NCBI RefSeq assembly: GCF_009914755.1
Contig: NC_060933.1
DNA: 64,000 bases
Strand: one strand, 5' to 3'
Source of the DNA: the human T2T-CHM13v2.0 reference genome, Homo sapiens
Shown here piece after piece: positions 42,501 through 54,409 of the stretch. A program made the translations under genes and the position numbers. Below the pieces are notes generated by a model. The model was given only the letters and a program-made list of their open reading frames with translations, was not told where the DNA came from and ran no database searches. Position 1 is the first letter of the stretch, and the number at the start of each line of letters is the position of its first letter.

Positions 42501-42773
42501 TTTGTTGGCATTCAACTGCACATATTCTCATTTATTTCAACATAAATTTTACTACAGGAAAAGCCATTTAAAGATTTATTTTAATTATAGCACTCTGCCA
42601 CCTTCTTTCCCCAATGGATCTATCCAACTGAGAAAATGAGAGTGATTTAACCAAGTAAAATTGATGTAAATTTTTTTCCAAATATGTTAGATACTTGTTT
42701 TTTCATATTTGTGTATTGAGCTTTAGTCCAACCCTGTATGGTTCCCCAGTGATTTATAAGCATTACTGCTTAT

Positions 42774-42986
42774 TTGCATATTAAATTCCCAAAGAATGCT
42801 ACTCCAGCGACTTGATTCAGGTATTTCTTCCTCTAGACTTTTTCTCTCCCCAGTTGAATACACACACCCCTTGCTCTTCATTCTTTCTGGCAAGTTTTCT
42901 AAGGTGTGTACCAAGTTTTTGAGGAGCTGAATATCACGTTGCCTTGAGTCAAACAGGAGCCAGCTGGCACCATTTATCTCTTCAAA
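42774..42986 (-). pseudogene. Candidate 213-nt exon of fossil gene (open frame, both splice sites degenerate)
   Basis: TTTCTCACATTTTCTTGTAA|TTT...ATGCAA|ATAAGC (AG>AA, GT>AT); 71 stop-free codons FEEINGASWLLFDSRQRDIQLLKNLVHTLENLPE...WEFNMQ. Confidence 0.45.
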
Positions 42987-43094
42987 TTACAAGAAAATGT
43001 GAGAAACAACAGGGTGTCTATGTGGGGTCCTGCAGAGCCCTAAAGGGCAGCTACGTGTGAAAGAGTCTATCATGGCAATGAGCTCGAGAATTAC

Positions 43095-43190
43095 CTGTAA
43101 TCCTGGAAGCTTCCAACTTGACAAAACTTATCTCAATGTGGTTTCTTGATCAGATTTTTAGATTTTTTTTTCTACCTTATCCAGCTACAT
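43095..43190 (-). pseudogene. Candidate 96-nt exon of fossil gene
   Basis: CTAACTTTTGAAG|ATG...TTACAG|GTAATT; phase 0-0; M*LDKVEKKI*KSDQETTLR*VLSSWKLPGLQ. Confidence 0.4.
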
Positions 43191-44327
43191 CTTCAAAAGT
43201 TAGATGTGTTTGTGAGAGTGATAATGGTGGGAGGAAATTCATTTTGTTACTTTTTTGCTGGAATCAATGCAGTTTTTTGAAGGCTCCGTGAGATTCCAGT
43301 AGATATTAGACGTTTAAGTTTCCTAATTATTTATTATTTTTGTTGAATTTCATCACATCATCTCTTGAGGTAGGCTGTTTTATAGTGCATCACCTTGAGA
43401 AGAAACAAACACTCCCTCATAAGCATTTGAAGTCCCATGTAAGTTTAATATCTCAGTAAAAACTCATAAAGGATTTTTATTCGAGTGAAAATGTTATAAC
43501 ACAATCTATTTGAAACCTCATACAGAAAGATTAGCCAAGATGAATATATGCATGATATTTTTAGGAAGTCAAAATAAGTAGAAATTTCTTAGCACTTCTT
43601 TTTGTGTATGCCTTAGTGAAAGAAGAAATTACATAAGAAAAATCATAAATGTTAAATCTGGATTATTAGAAGGCATAAAGGCTTATCCTAGAATAGACTT
43701 TTTCTCACATATTCTTGTTACTACATTTAAGAAAATATAAGAACACAAAGACAGGATAATTCATTTTAAAATGTACATAATTATAAAATGCAAGGGAGCT
43801 GTTTGAAAAGGGTATAACCTTGAAAAAGGTTTATAGATTTAGACTAAATGAAAAAAAACTTTAGGAATTATAAATTTTTCCTGTTGCATTAAAAAACAGA
43901 TTAAATATTTCAGAGACTGATTCAGAAATCAGTATAATAAATAAAAGAAAACTATGGGACACTATTACTGAGTTCTCTAGGAGCTTGAAGAAAGAAAATT
44001 TATGTGCTTCCTTACTTTTTAAAATGCACAAATCTTATATTTGTAGAGAAGTCAGTTTAACTTTGATAACTGGGTAGATACTGGAACTAACCATCAAGCA
44101 GTTTATAATCCCCTATAAAAGCACACCATTCTGGGTCACGATCAACATTGCTTTGCAGAAAGTAGATTTTGGACAAGATTCTTCAAATATGATAAAATAA
44201 AAATTTCAGGATGCATTGCAAGATGGATAATATACAATAAAAATACACATGAAAACTTTGAAATTGTGATTCTACTCTGTATGTCATTTTTAGCACGCCA
44301 GAATTTTCTCCAGCATACTACTGGAGA

Positions 44328-44683
44328 CGTGGTTCTTCAACTTTTGGTCTTAGGACCCTATTATATTATTAAATTATTTTGAAGTACCCAAAGAGCTTTT
44401 CTTTATGTGGAATATAGCTACTATTAATATTTACTGTATTGGAAATAAAACTGAGAAACTTCTAAAACATAAGCATGTACAAGCACACATTCCATTAGCC
44501 AACAGATTGAGAATATCAACACGTCAGGTAGCCTTTTAGACAATTCCGTTGTACACTCATGAGAGAACAAGAGTGCAAAGGCAAATAAGTTTCTAGTATC
44601 ACCACAAAAATAGTTGTGACTTCACAGACCTCCAGGTATCAGGGGCCCCAGTGGTTCCCAGAGCACACTTTGAGATCACCATG
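44328..44683. mobile_element. hAT-Charlie element (Charlie1/MER119-like)
   Basis: CTTTTGGTCTTAGGACCC...CCCAAAGAGCTTTTCTTTATGTGG...CACACTTTGAGA. Confidence 0.75.
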
Positions 44684-47339
44684 CTGCAGGGTTGGTAACT
44701 GAGAGATTATCAGACATCTCAGTGAGAGGAACCAAGAGTGACTCAAGGAAAGAATTTATGAAATATCCCTCAAGGTGTAAATTCTGTCTGGCTAAAAGTT
44801 AATATTTTTATTAGAGATCCCTGGGTATTATCTTTAAGCCTATGATTTTTATTCAAGGAAAAAATAATATTAGAAAGGTAAGGGGTAGGGGAGAAGGATT
44901 TGGTCATTATTTGATGAACATTTATTAACTAATCACATTATATAGGAAGCACTGGAGAGACAGAAAAGATCTTAAAGACCTTAAAGCTGTTCCTTGACAT
45001 GTTCACCATCAGGGAGAGAGATCTATGTGCGCTAATAGAGTTGTGAACAGAAGTCTCAGGCAACCCAGTGGAAGGAAGAGTGATTTGTGCAAAATCATTT
45101 CAGGAAGTCTTCATCAAAGAGGCGATGCTCATGACCAGGTGTGCACAAGCAGTGCACATGCTGAGCAGAAGCACTCCAGGCAGTGAGTTCAGAGAAAAGT
45201 GCTGCAGGCAGAGCGTGACTCTGGGCAGAAAGACATGCAAGGGCATGTCTCCAAGGAATGGTGATCTTTCAGTAGCTGGAGCAGCAGGTGTTGTTGGGGT
45301 AGAACATGTGGGAGAGGTTAGGTGTGACTGCAGAAGGCTTTTTATGCTCACTGAGAAGAGTGGGCAGTGCCCTGTAGAGAACAGGAAGCTGCTGAAGTTT
45401 TTTTTAGCAGACGGATGATTTTTCAGAATCATGTTTCAGAAAGTCAGCTCAGTGGCTCTGTGGAGGAGAAAAGGGATGAAGCTGAAACTAGAGCTTGGAA
45501 GCGCAATTTGGAGCATCTTGGAATAGTCTAAGCTGGAACACTGTGTTGCATGGGCTCTGAAATCAGTCTGCTTAGGTTCAAACGTTAATTACTGCCTTCA
45601 TTTGGGGACCTCAAACAATTAGCTAGCTATAGAGTAGAGGAGTGCCAGTAGCTACTGTAAGAATGACTTGATACAATAAAATAAAGTATAATGAAACATT
45701 AATGCACTATAACTTTGTAATCGATATTAGTTATCATTATGGGTGCATAAAATTATAGGGAAGAGGGAAAACTTGGAGCAGATTCTAGAGATATTTAGGA
45801 GTTAGGATTCACAGGATTTTTGTGAAAATGTTGGATGGTGGTGATAGATGGTGAAATTATTTCAGATGTTTAGATTCAAGAGAATTCTGGGAAATGACAG
45901 ATAATAGGTAATGCAGGGAGGGGACAAAGGGCATGAGAATGTGGAGAAAGTAAGGCCTATTTTCACATAAATAATGTTTGTAAAAATGATGGGAAATGTT
46001 TACTGCAGTTACCTCGCATAATACGGAGGTGCAGTGTGTGCCATTGATGATGAAACGTATCCAAGAAGTTTTAAGGAACAAGATGGAAAAATTCACTTGT
46101 GATAAATCTCACAGACCCAATCAAGGGAGGAACAGGGTAACTAAGCTTCTAACAGAAATATGTAATTTCTTAAGAAAATCAAGTGCTCTCCTTGAGGACT
46201 AGAGGGTAACATGCAGCCTTTAAGGAAAGAATAGGTGCAAATTAAGAGAGAAGTTGGGAATGAAAGCTGGCAATGTATTTTTTTCTTTAGCATAAAAAAT
46301 TGCACATTATCAATGTATTACAAGAAAGATGAAGTGCTCAAATCCACACAGCCAAAATGCCCAGTCTAGGTAAGTTTCTGTTATAATAAGTCAATTTAGA
46401 ATAATAAAAGTTGTTAGGAAAAGAGAAGTTTTTATTGACTTAAGTGGTCAAAGGGTGCTGATTTAAAAGAAACACAGATTCTCTGAAAGATGTACAGACT
46501 TTCTCATAGATTTATCAGTAGTTTAAAAGGGAGTGAGTAAAAACTAGAATGAAATATTATTTTCTCAAACACAAATAACCGATGTAAAGTAAAACACCCA
46601 AGTGATCAGCTGGGCATCTCTGCATGCTGTTCTTATGTTAGCTATTTGCAAAGATGTGGGAGAAATCTCAAGAAAATAATTACTTGGAGGAAGAAAGTTA
46701 CTAATCTCAAAGTAAGGTAGAGGAAAAGATAAAAGGATTAGATGGAGGGACTTATGTTACAGTGATAGTATTCTGAACCACTTATTTCTTTAGGAGAAGG
46801 GAGAGGTGAAGGGGAGTGGGGAACAGTCGTCTTTGAAATTAGAATAGCTCATAAAATAACTAACTACAAGGTAAGCATTATTAGAATCTGTGCCAATTCA
46901 CGGACTGTTTGCATTCAGACACTGGTCGTATTTTATTATAGTCACACGTGAATTGACAAAATGTGAAGCATTTTGTATTTACAGTTCAGTGGAATAATTT
47001 TTCTACTCTGACTGCTTGAATGTATTGTTTGGCTTCAGGGAGAATTGCTCATGTTCTTGGAATGGAAACAGATCTGAATAATGGTGTTATCAAATTAAAA
47101 GCTGGTCTTAAGGCTTAAGACATACTAGGTATGTCTTGAAAGCAATTTTTTCTGTTCCTCTTCTGTTCCCTTACTGAAATACCATTGATCAGTGCTTAAA
47201 ATGGAAATGTGGATTTGTAATCACCTTGGTGAGTGAAAAAGGATGCCACACAGGGTGTTAGTTTCCTACCTCAGTATGAGAATTCACAGTCTCTTGGGAT
47301 AGAAGTAGCACCTTCCACTTGTTCCTCCCTCTGCCTCCC

Positions 47340-47340
<1 letters not shown>

Positions 47341-47393
<53 letters not shown>
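47341..47393. repeat. (CA)n microsatellite, ~26 units
   Basis: Perfect AC run. Confidence 0.99.
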
Positions 47394-47394
<1 letters not shown>

Positions 47395-48424
47395 GCTCTC
47401 CTTGCTCGTAAGCCCTCCTTAGGGTTATAAAATGGGTGAGATCTTTCTGAGATCTAAATATAAAGGAACGCAATTTTAACATATTGTGTCATTAAGAAGT
47501 TTAGGAGCTTTTAGACACAATCTGGAGGTAGTGGAAAATTAGATGCAGTGTTGCATTAGACATGTTTTTAGTATTTTCTTCTTTTTGTAAAAGCTGTAAT
47601 TTTCAGAGTTAAGAACCAATTTAATGTCCCTGGAGTTACAGCTTTTTTGTATCCATTGTCCATTAGGTGAATTACTTAGCCAAGAATGGAATCCATTTAT
47701 AATGTATAAAATACTGTGAAATGTCTTAAAAACAGTCTTTGCAGGGGGAAAAAGCATTGGGAGTCCATTAAATTTGAAGACAGTGAGTTCTGAGGTTCTT
47801 CTTATAATCATATAATGGTTTTTTGTGCTTTGATAATATGATGCATTAGATATTGGAAGATTTATTTAAAAGTTTGAATTCAATGAAAATTTATATAGAA
47901 CTCACATAAAATATATTATTTTTGACAGTCCAGACAGCTTTTAAAACTGAGTGTATTGTCAAAAAACACTTGAATAATATTTATTGTATTCTAATACAAA
48001 TTAATAGATAACCACTAAAATGCTACTAAATGTCTTATGGTGATATTGTCACTATTGCTGGCATTTAATAGGCTTAGAAAATTTGGTTTATAAATTCTTG
48101 TTTTTGAACAAATTCTAATTATGCCTGAAAATTAACTTGTTCTAAAAAGATTCTCTATAAGATGTATGTGATATATATATATATCTCTGTGTGTGTGTAT
48201 TTAGACACACAAACCCATTTCCAATGATCAGATTTAAATTAATAATGAATTGAGGATTTGCGTTGTAAATGTTATTGTACACTATATTGACTGCTATGGG
48301 ATCCCAAACCATAATTAATGTTTTGCCAAACTCTCCTTTCATATAAAAGAAGAAAATTTCAGAAAAACAAGCTGACTTCAAATTTTACTTTATTTAATAA
48401 ATAAATAAAATGTTAAAATGTTAT

Positions 48425-48483
48425 TCCCAGAGTATGTTCCAGGATCCAGACAGCTGCTGCCAAATCTCGGAAAGTTATTACTC
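48425..48483 (-). pseudogene. Candidate exon encoding the second half of an EF-hand
   Basis: TGTTGCTACAG|GA GTA ATA ACT TTC CGA GAT TTG = (G)VITFRDLAAAVWILEHTL; phase-1 acceptor; donor not evident. Confidence 0.5.
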
Positions 48484-48502
48484 CTGTAGCAACAGTCCTA
48501 TA

Positions 48503-48586
48503 TAGTATGTTGAACCATACTAAATTGTCATCTATATTGGTTGAAACCAGGTGGCTAGCAGCTACTTCATAAGATATAACCTAATA
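48503..48586. mobile_element. MADE2 (mariner MITE)
   Basis: GTTGAACCATACTAAATTG...TTCATAAGATATAACCTAATA, ~80-bp palindromic element. Confidence 0.7.
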
Positions 48587-49435
48587 GTAATCTTCAGAAG
48601 GACAAATGTTTGGCATTGTTATGGCTGAAGTATCATTTTTTAAAAGCCAAATAGTGCTTTCTATAGTCACTAAGCAGAGAAATGTAATGTACTTAATGAA
48701 GATTCTAATAAAGACTGTTAATGTATTTAATGAAGATTCTAACAAAGACTGATTCTAATAAAATCAGCAGTTTTCCTCTCATTAATAGAATTTTGTAACT
48801 GAAACTCTTACTATCCAGGCTGTGATAATTCCTTGAGACAGTAGATGTACACATACATGTTCATATTTCCTACCGTATAAATTAGAACATTTTATTTTCA
48901 GCTGAAAGTTACATAAACCCCAGCTAGTCATGGCTTAAGTAAATGCAAGGTGGTTTTTTTTTTTTTTTCTTCACATAATAAAAGTCTGGAGGTAGGAAGC
49001 CCAGCACTGGTGTGATGGCTCTGTGATGTGATCATGGACCCAGCTTCTTCCTATCCTTCTGATCAGCATGTTTAACCTTTTAGCCAGTTGACAGCTACAG
49101 CATCATACCTAAGACAAGAAGAAGAGAGAAGGGACAGCATGGTGCTAGCCTCATCCACCCCTTTCATTATGAGAGCAAATGTTCATCTACAGATCCCAGC
49201 TTATGCTGTATATGTCAGGAAAATGTCATATGACTATACTTGACAATGGCTGGAAAGATAAAATTTATTTTCCAAACTCTGTAGGAACTGTAGGAGAGAG
49301 GAGGTAAAGAAATACTGCGAAAGTATTGGGTTACCAATCAACAAATCGACAGTGTCTGCCAAATTTCACTTATTTCTTTTTCTTTTCTACTCTTCCTCGT
49401 GTCGATCAGCCTGTACATTGCTATACATTGTGACT

Positions 49436-49515
49436 ATTAGACTGGACCATATAAAATTTCTAATATTTATAAATTGTTGACTTATAAGAATGGCAATTTC
49501 ATATGGCTTTTACAA
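49436..49515. mobile_element. MADE2 (mariner MITE)
   Basis: TTAGACTGGACCATATAAAATTTC...TGGCAATTTCATATGG. Confidence 0.7.
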
Positions 49516-50215
49516 TCTATCACAAATAACTTAAACTTCTATTTAACATTTTTTGCTCTCATATCCTCTCCATATCACTAGCTACTATTGACTTTCTGCT
49601 AGTGTCAAAAAAGATAAATAAATAAATAGAATAATGAGGAAAGGGAAGAGAGGTGAGAGGATCAGTTTTTACTCAGCAGGGTGACTTCTAGCTCCCTAGA
49701 CCTGGAATGATTAAGGTTGACTCTTGCATGAGATGCAGCCATGGCCTCCTCAATGGCTGTCTCTACTAGAGATCTCTCTTGTCCTTAACCTTGGCCAGAT
49801 ACAGCTGTAGTCTGCTGGCTGCTTTTGTGTCCTCCTTTGGCTCCTAGGCATCCAGATTTATACCTCCAGACTCTCAAGTAGGACCCAAAACAACCTGACA
49901 CCTACTCTCTTTAGGACTGCAGGACATCTCAGCAGAGCAAAAGTCTTCTGGATCTACCACCAAAGCAGCTTAGTAGCCTTTCTCCCGCCCTTAGATTTCC
50001 TGGATGAGAATTAGACCTCAGTCCTCAATTCCTTAATCGATGTTTGCTTTATTAGTCTTAAGGCCAGCACCAAGTCTTTTTCTCCCATATGAACACATTT
50101 CAAAGCTTTCAGTGTTTCCCTTTATGCTTTAGGTTAGAAAGTGGCACTCCAATCCACTCCTCCTCCAAAAGAAGGGGTGGCGACTTTCAGCCTAGAGAGA
50201 CTCTCTCCAAAGAAA

Positions 50216-50277
50216 CATTATCACTAGTCTGTGCTCTTTAATATTTTTTTTTTCTGATTCCTGTTTATGCCTTTGAT
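50216..50277 (-). pseudogene. Candidate exon encoding the first half of an EF-hand (frameshifted)
   Basis: Good acceptor CTTTTGTATCCCTCTGCCAG|ATC; IKGINRNQKKKILKSTD-[frameshift]-SDN(G). Confidence 0.4.
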
Positions 50278-50460
50278 CTGGCAGAGGGATACAAAAGTCA
50301 CAGAACAAATTCCATTTGTAAATTCTGCGTATGGTATATGCATTGGCAGGGAATCCGTATTCTCCTCGTAAATTCTGCATATAGTCTATGTGTCTTGGTG
50401 CTGGGGTCATTGGTGTTTCAATTTAAATGGCTGGGGCAGGAAAGATTCTATCCTGACATG

Positions 50461-50650
50461 GAAGAAGGAAGAAAGGCAGGCAGGCAGGCAGGAAGGAAGG
50501 GAGGGAGGGAGGGAGGGAGGGAGGGAGGGATGAAGGAGGCAAGGAAGGAAGGAAGGGACGAGAAGGAGGGAGGAAGAGAGAGAGAGAGAGGAAAGGAGGA
50601 GGGAAAGAAGAAAGGGAGGCAGGAGGGGAAGAAGAAGGAGGGAGGAAGAA
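50461..50650. repeat. GA-rich low-complexity polypurine tract (GGAA/GGGA/GGCA)n
   Basis: About 190 bp, nearly all purine on the + strand. Confidence 0.95.
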
Positions 50651-51126
50651 AATTTACATTTTAGGTATCTTAGTCTAGAGCTTGCTCATCTTTATTTTGT
50701 AGATGTGGTCTTCAGTTCGCAGAGTAAACAAGGTGATTACACGCATATACTTTATAGACTGCCATCTTCAGTGCTGAAATCTTTATTTTCTAAGATGAGA
50801 CATATCCTGGCTTCTTTTTATGTGACACTAAAATCCCCAGAACCACCAAAACAGACTAGAAAATCCCTTCATTTGAACAGCTCATGGGTCTTGACTTGCA
50901 GGATTCTGAAGGGAAGGACTATTTATGGATGCCCAAGCATGCAGGCAGACCTAAGGAACAATTGCATGGAAACTCATGCGAAGTTAAATTGGCAATCAGC
51001 TCTAGCATTTCTTATGGCAGAGCTGCCTATTGGGTAAATAATATGCATTTTATAAAAACATTCATAAATGTAAATTCACACAAGAGACTGAAATGGCTGC
51101 TTAGGGTTAAATGAAATGCATATTAA

Positions 51127-51287
51127 CAACACTTACGAATAGTAAATAGCATGCACTTTTAAAATGTGATCAACGTGTATTTACATAATAGCCTGTAAGA
51201 GTTCCACTGTCAAGTAAATAATACTGTAGTTGCCCTTAAAAGTCTTTAATCACCTGCAGTATTTGCAAAGTATGTTGTAATGGATTT
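51127..51287 (+). repeat. Left arm of a 161-bp inverted duplication (partner 52690-52850)
   Basis: Manual alignment: 151/161 identical to the reverse complement of 52690-52850, no gaps. Confidence 0.97.
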
Positions 51288-51962
51288 CTGGTTTGTGTTA
51301 GCACTCCACTCTCTTCTCAAATTTGTTCCTTTTCTTCCCTGATTTCAAATACATATATATATTTATGAAAATAATTTTAAATTGGCATTGAAATAAACCA
51401 CACATCTAGGTAGAATGGTCTTGAATGGTTTCACTTCTGTGGAAAGGAAACTTTTAAAGTGAGATGGCAATATCATGCTGATGTTGCACCCATGAAGAGC
51501 ATCTTATACATGAAAACAAGTAAACAAAGAAGAGAGCCGCTGCAAGGTGGGGTGACGGGGCTGTTGATTGTGGGCAGAATATGCTTTGGCGAACTGCAGC
51601 CAATGTTTCCACCCTCTCCCAGGCTGTTCCTATTCTTCCACTGTATCACAGGGATCTGACCCCCACAAACTATGGCCCTAGTCTCTCTTACCAAGTAGTT
51701 TCTGGCTCTTTTAGGGCATGGGGAGTACTGACTGGAGGCTGGAAGGCAGGAAGAAGGTATAAGTCTGATTTCTTCCCTTTTCTCTCGCTCAGGATACATT
51801 CACCAGTGGCTAAGGCACCCCACACCTCTGTCTCACCTTCTAGCCCACCCCACAGTTCTCCATGGTTCCAGAAGCTATCTGTGGTCCAGGCACCTGGGCT
51901 CTAGTCACACAGTTTCCTCCCTCCAGTTGATGCAGGATTTTTCTCAATCCTTTCAACAGACT

Positions 51963-52996
51963 TGAGACTGGGGTGTCCTGTTTACTCGGCCTGGGATGCT
52001 CAATCCCTTGTGGGAGACAGCATGTGAGTGAGCAAGTGTGAGATCTGGCTGGCCACTTTGGGTGCCGGCAGGAGCAGGCTCCATGTGGGCCCCATGGTGG
52101 TACCCAGGTGGGGATGCCTGTGACCTCTGAAGCCCCAGAGGCATGTTACAGTGCTCTCTTAGCTCTGCCATCCAGGGACAGCAGTGTATTATCAGCTCAG
52201 TGGGCCCCTTGCCTCATAGTGTGGGGCAGCTCCCCTCTGCTGGCAAGGGTAAAGGACCAGTGTGACAGCCTTTTTTGGGTACCTGCACTTGGTGGGCCTC
52301 AAGCTCTCATCCAGCATCCGAGAAGAATGAGGTTGCACAGACACTTGAAGGATGGTGAAGGTGGAGAATTTTATTAAGTGATGGAAAAAGGCTCTTGGTG
52401 GAGTGGGGAGCTAGAGAGGGGATGGGATGGGCAGGTAATCTTCCCTTGCAGTCTGGCTGTCTCTGGCCAGTTCTTTCCTGTAGTCAAGCCATCTCTCCAA
52501 AGTTAAGCCATCTTTCCTCTGAAGTCCAGCTGTCCCTCTGAAGTCAAGTCACCAATCTCCAGTCAAGCTGCTTCTCTCCCTCTACCAACTGAGTCTGGGG
52601 TCTTTATAGGCAAAGGATGGGGGGCAGAGAGGGCCATGGGTAGTTTTGGAAAAAGCGACTTTCAATTGGTAAAAAGACATTATTCTTGTAAATCCATTAC
52701 AATATACTTTGCAAATACTGTAGGTAATTAAAGACTTTTAAAGGCAACTACAGTACTATTTACTTGACAGTGGAACTCTTACAGGCTATTATGTAAATAC
52801 ACATTGAGCACATTTTAAAAGTGCATGGTTTTTACTATTCATAAGTGTTGAAAGAACCAATCAAGACAGAGCAGGCAAATAAGGATAGAAGTTCTCGCTT
52901 TGAACTGCAGGTTTTAGGCTTTTCAGCTGGAAGGTTGGGCTTTGTCGGGGACCTGTCCCTGTCTGCCTAGAATTTCTCTGCCTCGTGCCTCTATCA
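51963..52996 (-). mobile_element. ERV1 LTR (LTR27/LTR28/MER52 class) carrying a 165-bp foreign insert; nested in an older ERVL LTR (~51560-53165)
   Basis: Minus-strand start TGATAGAGGCACGAGGCAGAGAAATTCTAGGCAGACAGGGACAGGTCCCC; minus-strand AATAAA ~52370; TG...CA termini. Confidence 0.8.
52690..52850 (-). repeat. Inverted copy of 51127-51287 inserted into the LTR
   Basis: AT-rich block interrupting GC-richer LTR sequence between GACATTATTC and AAAGAACCAATC. Confidence 0.97.
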
Positions 52997-53304
52997 TAGT
53001 CCTCAAGGTCACAGCTTCCTGCAGTTGCTAATGTCAGTGCTACCTCATTTTTCCTCAATTGATCTTCAGCTCTTGTAATCTAGTAACCGATTACCCATAT
53101 TAAATTACTCCTATTGAATTCCCCGGTGTGGTGAGCTTTGTTTCTTAGATGTTCTCTGACTGATAAAACTGTCAAGTGAATGTTCTCTTTTCTGAGAAGA
53201 AGTTGTCCATGGGCTAAACTAGGCACAGTCAGAGATTAAGTGCCTTCTTTCCTATGGCCTGAAAATGTCTCCTGTGACTTTGGATTAAATCTGTTAGAAC
53301 TTAC

Positions 53305-53396
53305 CTGATATTAACACCTGTTTAAGAGGAAGGAGGCAACTTTAGACATTACGTTTGGACAGAAGAGACGTAAATCTAGATATTCAGAGCCAACTA
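53305..53396 (-). pseudogene. Candidate decayed exon of fossil gene
   Basis: Consensus donor CAG|GTAAGT at 53305/53304; frame WL*ISRFTSLLSKRNV*SCLLPLKQVL; needs indels to fit the neighbouring phases. Confidence 0.3.
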
Positions 53397-53482
53397 CTTA
53401 AAAATACATCAGTGCTCCAGAAATTGTATTAATGCAAATAGTGGTTGTTTTGTTTGGCCAATTTTGATCATCCCTTACTTAC

Positions 53483-53577
53483 GGCTTTGGCATCCTCAGC
53501 TTCCAGGGGTTCCCCACTGTAAGAATCACTTCCTGTTTCTTTGCCATTGCGCCTTTCCTGGGCCATGCAGTTGTAAT
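53483..53577 (-). pseudogene. 95-nt exon with canonical splice sites and open frame
   Basis: GTTCTTTCTAG|AT...GCC|GTAAGT; phase 1 in, phase 0 out; (N)YNCMAQERRNGKETGSDSYSGEPLEAEDAKA, in frame with the donor at 63693. Confidence 0.6.
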
Positions 53578-53805
53578 CTAGAAAGAACTTTGGGGCATAG
53601 CAAAATTATGAAAATCAGTGAAAAGGTGGAGGGCACTTTGATAAAATGAAGAGTGTGTGCCTTGACTGGAAATATATCATTTTTGTTTTTAAACTAATGA
53701 CTGTATATGAGCCATATAAAACCGAACTGCTGCTTCTTCCATATTCCCAACCTTTCTGTGCCACACTTTTCACTACCATGATCTGCCACATTCTTGCCTT
53801 GGATT

Positions 53806-54409
53806 TGTTGATGAAAAGAGTCAAACTTTGTAAAATATTTGAAGAAATCTATTCTGAGCCAAATATGAGTGACCATGGCCCATGACACACCCCTCAGAAG
53901 ATCCTGAGAACATGTGCCAAAGCTGGTTGGGGTACATCTTGGTTTTCTACATTTTAGGGTGACATGAGCCTTTAATCAAATACATTTAAGAAATACATTT
54001 GTTTGGTCCAGAAAGTGGGACAGCTCAATGTGGGATGTTGGGGGTGCTTCTGGTTATAGGCAAATTTATAAACTAACTGGTTGACACTTGGTTCAATTTA
54101 TCTAAAGACCTAAGGTCAACAGAAAGAAAATGTCTGGGTTAAGATAGGGGATTGTGGAGACCAAAGTTCTTATTTTGCAGATGAAGGCTTCAGGTAGCAA
54201 ACTTTGGAGAGCACAGATTGTAAATGCTTTCTATCAGACTTGAGGTCTGTGTTGGTGTTAATGCCAGGGAGGTATAATGAGGCATGCCAAACCCCACTTC
54301 CTGTCATGGCCTGAACCAGTCTTTCAGCTTAAATTTTAAGAGTGCGCTGGCTGAGGAGGAAGTTTATTCAAATGGTTAGGGTGTCTTCAAATTTTATTTT
54401 TGGCTTACA
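53806..54409 (-). mobile_element. Solo ERV1 LTR, MER4 family
   Basis: TGTTGATGAAAAGAGTCAAACT...CTGAGCCAAATATGAGTGACCATGGCCC...ATTTTATTTTTGGCTTACA; near-TSD GATT/GGTT. Confidence 0.9.

Noticed and set aside
50338-50664. 108-aa G/R/K/E-rich ORF
   Set aside because: Product of the GA-rich simple repeat
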